From: Bacteroidota bacterium
Lineage (GTDB): Bacteria; Bacteroidota; Bacteroidia; Chitinophagales; Saprospiraceae
Length of the DNA: 64,000 nucleotides
Assembly: GCA_038749535.1 (NCBI GenBank)
Contig: JBCDHX010000004.1
Coordinates: forward strand, 17,603-81,602
Reading direction: 5' to 3'
A model generated the notes under the pieces. The model was not told the origin of the DNA, did not search any database, and was given only the letters and a program-made list of their open reading frames with translations. Positions 58,301 through 64,000 of this stretch are shown here, one piece after another. The position numbers and the translations under genes are program-made. The first letter of the stretch is position 1. Each line of letters starts with the position of its first letter.

Positions 58301-59548
58301 CTACTCCACCATCACTGCAATTCGGTGACAAGCATTGTTGAGATAGCCTTTTGGATTCCAGCCCGGTAGCACCATTGGTTGAGATTTTCCGGTCGCATCT
58401 GTTGCTCTTGCCCATGTTTCGTAATAGCCTTTTTTCGGAAATCGAATACTCGCCTCAAAATGTTGCCAAGCATAGCGATTCGCAGCAGATTTTAGTAAAC
58501 ATTGCTGCCAAGACGCTCCAAAATCAATTGAATAATCGACTTGCGTCACTTCTGCATGACCCGACCAAGCGTGTCCTCTAATCGGGAGTCGCTGCGTCAG
58601 TTTCATCTTTGCTCCAGTTTTGGGAAAGGTTAGCAATGATTTGACTGGCATCTTTTCGATGATGCACATATCCTCATCTGCTACTTTTGCGCCTGGCGCG
58701 ACCGTTTCGCAAGGCACTCTGTAAGATTGACCGCCCATTTTTGCACCATCATGGACTTGATTTCGGATGCTGATGCGGTTGAGCCATTTGCCGGAACAAG
58801 ATGCCGGATACCCACCAAATACCAGTCGCAATGGATACCCATTCAGCCACGGAATATCTTCTCCATTCATCGCCCAAGCGATCAAACTTTCTTCTTCCAT
58901 CGCTTTGTTGATAGGCACACCACGCGAGATAGGTTCTTTATTTGGGTCACCACTTAGATGATTGTCTGCTCCATGATAAGCCACATAAACAGCATCATTT
59001 TTCACGCCTACTGCTTGTAATACATCTTTCAGACGCACGCCTGTCCAAGCCGCACAGCCCACTGCACCTACACTCCACTGATTGCCTTTGGCAGGCGGAT
59101 TGAATTCTTTCCGTCCATTGCCACCACATTCTAGCGTCAAGTTGTAGGTATAGTTTTTAAAATTTTTCTTGAGTTCGGGTAGTGAAATGCTACGTGGTCG
59201 TAGGGCGGATTCTCCGTCTATTTGTAGTATCCATGTATCTGGGTTGATTTGATTTTGAGCCGGTGGCAAGCCGTTGTTGCGGACGAAAAAGAGATCGTTT
59301 GGTGTCAGCTTATGATCTAGAAAATGAGGCGGCGTTTCTGCATTGATAGGTCGGTCGTTGAGAACGATTAAGTTATCGTTTTTACCTGGCAGATTTATGC
59401 CTTGCTCACCCTCTAGCAGCACAATCGGAATCATATCATTAGGCAGCTGACTGGCAAAAACGATGTCTGCACCTATGGCTAGACTCATTGCGGCTAAGGT
59501 ACTTTTGCGTAAAAAAGCTCTTCGGTTTGTCTTATTTCTTTGTAGCAT
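58301..59548 (-). CDS. Molybdopterin-dependent oxidoreductase (sulfite oxidase-like), Tat-exported
   Basis: NRRAFLRKSTLAAMSLA is a Tat signal. LECGGNGR and the overall layout resemble the sulfite oxidase (SO) family. The start was moved to MLQRNKT. Confidence 0.75.
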   Translation of the reverse strand: MLQRNKTNRRAFLRKSTLAAMSLAIGADIVFASQLPNDMIPIVLLEGEQGINLPGKNDNLIVLNDRPINAETPPHFLDHKLTPNDLFFVRNNGLPPAQNQINPDTWILQIDGESALRPRSISLPELKKNFKNYTYNLTLECGGNGRKEFNPPAKGNQWSVGAVGCAAWTGVRLKDVLQAVGVKNDAVYVAYHGADNHLSGDPNKEPISRGVPINKAMEEESLIAWAMNGEDIPWLNGYPLRLVFGGYPASCSGKWLNRISIRNQVHDGAKMGGQSYRVPCETVAPGAKVADEDMCIIEKMPVKSLLTFPKTGAKMKLTQRLPIRGHAWSGHAEVTQVDYSIDFGASWQQCLLKSAANRYAWQHFEASIRFPKKGYYETWARATDATGKSQPMVLPGWNPKGYLNNACHRIAVMVE

Positions 59549-59682
59549 TTCGTTCTGTCTATTGATGGAAACAAAAATACGCATTTGCTTGCCTCAATAT
59601 TCAATCATTTTGGACTAAAACTTGTATTGTTTTTCAATAAATACCGTCCTTTGGTGTTCAAATTATAGACAGACCTGTTCAT

Positions 59683-60465
59683 TTGAATACAAAAACTGAC
59701 ATACTCGTCTCTTTAGTCATCCCTTGCTACAACGAAAGCAATCGCCTACATATATTGAAACAGGGCATTGAAGAATTTTGGGCGCAATGGTCAGCCACTG
59801 CTGAGATCATAGTCGTAGACGATGGCAGTAAGGATGATACAAGTGTCCAAATTCAGCAGCAACTTTCAAATGTTCATTTTATCCAACTACCTGAAAATCA
59901 AGGGAAAGGAGGTGCATTGCGTGCTGGTGTATTGGTGGCAAAAGGAAAATATATTTTGACCGTGGATGCTGATATGGCGACACATCCACTAGAGCTCAAA
60001 CGATGGCTTCAGCAATTCCCCAGTCAGCAATTCCCTAACGAAATTTTAATCGGTTCGCGCAAACATCCCAAGTCAGAGATTGACGTCAAGCAACACAGAA
60101 AATGGGCAGGACAGCTCTTCAATTTGTGGGTAAAGATATTGACACCGATTCGTTTTTCGGATACGCAATGTGGCTTTAAATTATATCCGGCGGCTATCGC
60201 CAAATTGCTTTTTCAGGATTTACAAATCAGAGGTTGGGCGCACGATATTGAGCTATTATATAAAGCCGCTTACTTAAAAATTCCGGTCAGAGCGATGCCG
60301 ATTCGCTGGCAACACGTAGATGATGAAAAAATAGATGTGCTCTCAGATGGCATCAAAATGGCAAAGGAAATCACGCTGATGTCTTATCGTTATCATTTGC
60401 AACCTCAAGGTAAACGTCACTTAAAACTATTGCAGCAGGAATTTGTAGAAAGAAGCAAGGTGTAA
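59683..60465 (+). CDS. Glycosyltransferase family 2
   Basis: VSLVIPCYNE, VVDDGSKD and DADM are present. Confidence 0.85.
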   Translation: MNTKTDILVSLVIPCYNESNRLHILKQGIEEFWAQWSATAEIIVVDDGSKDDTSVQIQQQLSNVHFIQLPENQGKGGALRAGVLVAKGKYILTVDADMATHPLELKRWLQQFPSQQFPNEILIGSRKHPKSEIDVKQHRKWAGQLFNLWVKILTPIRFSDTQCGFKLYPAAIAKLLFQDLQIRGWAHDIELLYKAAYLKIPVRAMPIRWQHVDDEKIDVLSDGIKMAKEITLMSYRYHLQPQGKRHLKLLQQEFVERSKV

Positions 60466-60510
60466 GGTACTTGCATCAATTTCTCATTGACCATATAAAG
60501 TCCGAACAAT

Positions 60511-60909
60511 ATGCCACTCCTCAATAAAGGTTCTAAACTCTACAGTTCATGCTATTTGAAGTGCCCAAAATGTCACGAAGGCAACCTCTTTCCGACGGGC
60601 AGCTTTAGTTTTCAGCGTCCTTTTGATATGTACGACCGTTGTCCAAATTGCAATTTCAATTATTGGCCGGAGCCTGGATACTACTACGGCGCGATGTTTA
60701 TTTCCTATATCATTTCCGGCTGGTTTTGTATTGGATTCGCGCTCTTATTTCATTGGGTGTTTGACTGGAGTTTGACAGCTACTTTTGGGCTGCTGATCGG
60801 ATTTTTGGCGGTAATTTTTGTGTGGTTTTTCCGATTTTCCAGAGCTATTTGGTTGAATATCAACTATAAGTATGATCCTGAGAGGAAAGAGGTGATGCGT
60901 GAGAAGTGA
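60511..60909 (+). CDS. DUF983-family membrane protein
   Basis: CPKCHEGNLF...CPNCNFNY is followed by two TM helices. Confidence 0.65.
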   Translation: MPLLNKGSKLYSSCYLKCPKCHEGNLFPTGSFSFQRPFDMYDRCPNCNFNYWPEPGYYYGAMFISYIISGWFCIGFALLFHWVFDWSLTATFGLLIGFLAVIFVWFFRFSRAIWLNINYKYDPERKEVMREK

Positions 60910-61008
60910 GAAAATGATACGTGACAACTATTACGCGAAAAGTGATATGTGAGAGGGCACAACTATCTTGGCATCCAAAGGGACAACTGCATTAATGAGA
61001 AACATCTC

Positions 61009-61308
61009 CTAAAGCACAGAACTACCAAAGAAAATAATCCACGCCACCACATATACAAAAGTCGCAATGACAATGCCGCGCATGGTCTGTGTCGCTCGTT
61101 GATTGTAAAAACGATTCAACGCAATCGCGTTCAGGGCAATGGCAATAATCCCTGTCGTCCGAATCCGAAAATCTTCTCCCAGTCCAACGTTACTGACCGC
61201 TCCTGCTCTATCTAAATATTGGAAAATAAAATAAAGAAGTGTGAAGCCAACTAAAGGCAGAATGACGCCAACAACTAAGCCGTACCAAAGGGTGTTTTTG
61301 TATTGCAT
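61009..61308 (-). CDS. Small hypothetical membrane protein (3 TM helices)
   Basis: Hydrophobic 99-aa ORF. I recognise no family. Confidence 0.45.
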   Translation of the reverse strand: MQYKNTLWYGLVVGVILPLVGFTLLYFIFQYLDRAGAVSNVGLGEDFRIRTTGIIAIALNAIALNRFYNQRATQTMRGIVIATFVYVVAWIIFFGSSVL

Positions 61309-61337
61309 GAGTAATAAGTCTAGGTGTTTAGAAAACT

Positions 61338-61370
61338 AAAAGGGGACACCTCATAGAAGCATCCCCTTTT
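61338..61370. terminator. Hairpin terminator downstream of pnp
   Basis: The stem AAAAGGGGA / TCCCCTTTT has T-rich flanks on both strands. Confidence 0.65.
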
Positions 61371-61400
61371 CATTTTTGTTCAAATCTGACGATCAGTCCA

Positions 61401-63575
61401 CTAATCACGATCTCTACGATTGCGACGATCATCGCTACCGTTTCCTCTATCTGGACGTGGCATCAATGCCTTTCTAGACAAACGCAATTTGCCAGTCTTT
61501 TTGTCGACACCGATGATTTTGACTTTTACTTCATCGCCTTCGCTGAATACATCTTCTACTCGCTCAATGCGGGAGTGAGAGATTTCAGAAACATGCAATA
61601 GTCCACCGCCACCATCAAAGTCTACGAATACACCATAAGGCTTCACACTCGCAACCACCGCCTCAAACTCATCACCTACCTCTGGTCGGAAAGCGATCTT
61701 TTTGATACGTGCTTTGGCTGCATCAATAGCTGCTTTGTTGTTCGCTGCGATGCTAACCACGCCTTTATCATCGACTTCCTCGATATTTATGACCGTTTCT
61801 GTCTCTGCTTGAATTTCTTGAATCACTTTACCACCAGGTCCGATCACCGCACCGATGAAGCTCTTATCTATCGTCATTTCTACGATACGTGGCGCATGCG
61901 ATTTGTAGTCATCGCGTGGCTCGGCGATCGTTTGAGACATCTCATTCAAGATGTGTAGGCGACCGTCTTTGGCTTGCATCAATGCTTCTTCCAACACTTC
62001 ATAAGGTAGCCCTTCCAACTTAATGTCCATCTGACAAGCTGTGATCCCTGCTGTCGTTCCGGTCACTTTAAAGTCCATGTCTCCCAATGCATCTTCGTCC
62101 CCTAGGATATCGGAAAGTACAACATGACGCTCGCCATCAGAGATGAGTCCCATCGCAATACCAGAAACTGGCGCTTTAATCTGCACGCCTGCGTCCATCA
62201 ATGCTAGCGTTCCGGCGCAAACTGTTGCCATGGAAGACGACCCATTTGACTCCAAAATATCAGAAACGATACGCACCGTGTACGGCAGTTCTTCGGGCAT
62301 GACTTGCTTCAAGGAACGTCCTGCTAGATTGGCGTGACCCACTTCGCGACGACCCGGTCCACGCATTGGACGTGCTTCTCCTACTGAATATGGTGGGAAG
62401 TTGTAATGCAAGATGAAGCTTTCGTAGTAGCTACCCAGTGCATTATCGACCATCATTTTATCGGTCTTCGTTCCTAGCGTCAACGACGTCAATGACTGTG
62501 TTTCTCCTCTTGTGAAGACTGCCGAACCGTGAGCTGTGGGCAGATAGTTGACTTCTGACCAGATGTGGCGAATATCAGCAGACTGCCGACCATCCAAGCG
62601 TACTTTTTCAGCCATGACCATCTCGCGGATCGTCGCTTTCTTCAATTTTTCGAAGTAGTGACGCACGAAGTGACCGTTCTCTTCCATATACTCTTCGCCT
62701 TTGGCTTCGAGTAAGTCTTCTTTCAATTTTTCTTTGACTGCTTTGAAGCCGTCTTTACGTGCATGCTTATCTAAAGCTCCTTTGGCTACTTCGTAGATGC
62801 CATCTTTAGCGTGCTGCTCGACCAGTGTTTTGACTTCCTCATTCTCTTCTGCTGCTGCTACCTCACGTCGTGTCAATGCTTTGCCGCCGACTGCTTTTGC
62901 TAGATCGTGCTGCAGCTGGCATTGTTTTTTAATGACTTCGTGCGCGGCTTTGATCGCTTCTACTAGGTCTTTTTCTTGGCATTCTTTGGCTTCGCCTTCC
63001 ACCATCATCACGTTCTCCTCTGTGGCTGCTACGATGAAATCCATATCCACATCTTCCATCTGAGATTTCAATGGATTGATGATGTACTCACCATTCATAC
63101 GGACGACGCGTACTTCTGAGATAGGACCTGCGAAAGGCACATCAGAAACCGTCAGTGCTGCCGAAGCGGCTAGTGCTGCATAAGCATCCGGCTGGATATC
63201 CGGATCAGCAGAAATCAGGTTGATGATGATTTGAGTTTCGTTCAAGTAACCATCCGGGAATAGTGGACGGATCGCACGATCCACCAATCGAGAAATCAAG
63301 ATCTCATTCTCTGATAGTCGTGCTTCTCGGCGGAAAAAGTTGCCTGGAATACGTCCGACAGAGGCGAACTTTTCTTGATAATCGACAGATAGTGGAAAGA
63401 AAGATTGTCCTTCGCGTGCTTCTGTTGCCGAAACGGCACTCGCAAAAATCATGGTGTCCCCGATGCGTATCACGACAGATCCGTCTGCTTGAGTCGCTAG
63501 TTTTCCGGTTTCGATGATGACCTCTTGCCCATTTGGCAATTGCATGGAGGCCGTAGTAGGAATTTGTTTTCCCAT
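61401..63575 (-). CDS. pnp: Polyribonucleotide nucleotidyltransferase (PNPase)
   Basis: Two RNase PH domains, then KH and S1 domains (GDEFEAVVASVKPYGVFVDF). Length 724 aa. Confidence 0.97.
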   Translation of the reverse strand: MGKQIPTTASMQLPNGQEVIIETGKLATQADGSVVIRIGDTMIFASAVSATEAREGQSFFPLSVDYQEKFASVGRIPGNFFRREARLSENEILISRLVDRAIRPLFPDGYLNETQIIINLISADPDIQPDAYAALAASAALTVSDVPFAGPISEVRVVRMNGEYIINPLKSQMEDVDMDFIVAATEENVMMVEGEAKECQEKDLVEAIKAAHEVIKKQCQLQHDLAKAVGGKALTRREVAAAEENEEVKTLVEQHAKDGIYEVAKGALDKHARKDGFKAVKEKLKEDLLEAKGEEYMEENGHFVRHYFEKLKKATIREMVMAEKVRLDGRQSADIRHIWSEVNYLPTAHGSAVFTRGETQSLTSLTLGTKTDKMMVDNALGSYYESFILHYNFPPYSVGEARPMRGPGRREVGHANLAGRSLKQVMPEELPYTVRIVSDILESNGSSSMATVCAGTLALMDAGVQIKAPVSGIAMGLISDGERHVVLSDILGDEDALGDMDFKVTGTTAGITACQMDIKLEGLPYEVLEEALMQAKDGRLHILNEMSQTIAEPRDDYKSHAPRIVEMTIDKSFIGAVIGPGGKVIQEIQAETETVINIEEVDDKGVVSIAANNKAAIDAAKARIKKIAFRPEVGDEFEAVVASVKPYGVFVDFDGGGGLLHVSEISHSRIERVEDVFSEGDEVKVKIIGVDKKTGKLRLSRKALMPRPDRGNGSDDRRNRRDRD

Positions 63576-63804
63576 GTTAATTTATCTATTCTATTGTTAT
63601 TGTATTCTTCTATATGCGTTCAATAAAAAATTGATATTTTCAGCACTACCAATTTATTTATTTCACACTATTTAATGGTGTCCTCATTGGATAGCATACC
63701 AACTTGTCTTTGCAAATTCCTTGTATGAAGGTAACCCAAGAGAGGATATGTGTAAAAGGTAAGAGGATGATGCTTTTCTTTATTATCCAATTGGATGAAG
63801 CACC

Positions 63805-63844
63805 TAAAAAATTTGCTCTCAGACAGCATATCTGAGAGCAAATT
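63805..63844 (-). terminator. rpsO terminator / pnp leader hairpin
   Basis: A 14-bp stem AATTTGCTCTCAGA / TCTGAGAGCAAATT is followed by a T run on the minus strand, directly after the rpsO stop. Confidence 0.75.
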
Positions 63845-63857
63845 GGAAGAAATCGGA

Positions 63858-64000
63858 TTATTTACGAATACCCAATTTCTCGATGAGGCTACGATATTTT
63901 GAAATATCTTTCTTAGCCAAATATTTTAGCAAACGTCTTCTTTTACCTACCAAACGGAGTAGAGAGCGACGGCAAGAGTGATCTTTACGATTTTTCTTGA
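63858..64000 (-). CDS. rpsO: 30S ribosomal protein S15, 5' end beyond the window
   Basis: Own translation gives ...[42 protein letters not shown]. Confidence 0.9.
   Translation of the reverse strand, partial: KKNRKDHSCRRSLLRLVGKRRRLLKYLAKKDISKYRSLIEKLGIRK

Noticed and set aside
1-64000. Mobile elements, prophage, integrative elements, rRNA or canonical tRNA genes
   Set aside because: No transposase, integrase, recombinase, phage structural or rRNA-like sequence was recognised on either strand. The only insertion-like signature is the repeat-flanked cassette behind mutS, reported as a finding.

Overview
This 64 kb window looks like chromosomal DNA from a Bacteroidota-type organism. Supporting signs are T9SS C-terminal sorting domains, a bamD-rpoZ pair, TonB-dependent receptors and TAnnTTTG-type -7 promoter boxes. 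It is densely packed with about 50 mostly housekeeping CDSs. These include pdxJ, sucA, mutS, dnaG, cutA, ftsE, bamD, rpoZ, cysS, pnp, rpsO, two OmpR-type response regulators, ABC transporters and several oxidoreductases and hydrolases. I found no rRNA, canonical tRNA, CRISPR array, transposase or integrase, and no convincing multi-gene defence or novel protein system. The unexplained signals are mostly non-coding. (1) Two tandem tRNA-like RNA genes at 31.1-31.4 kb carry a 50-75 nt insertion where the variable loop should be. (2) Three tandem sRNA-like units at 27.87-28.1 kb each combine a conserved 23-nt box with a divergent terminator hairpin. (3) A roughly 2 kb two-gene cassette sits behind mutS, flanked by a 48-bp exact direct repeat that duplicates the mutS 3' end. 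(4) A 1135-aa T9SS protein has a reprolysin-like domain that has lost all zinc-site residues, and two sets of 21-bp-phased direct repeats lie upstream of it. (5) The cysS 5' region looks like an attenuator. (6) A KtrB/TrkH potassium-transporter gene has been reduced to a remnant by an internal deletion. CDS coordinates follow the supplied ORF track, with some starts moved to internal Met codons as noted. Coordinates of hand-located RNA, repeat and terminator features may be off by a few nt. All homology statements come from motif recognition by eye and memory of protein families, not from database searches.
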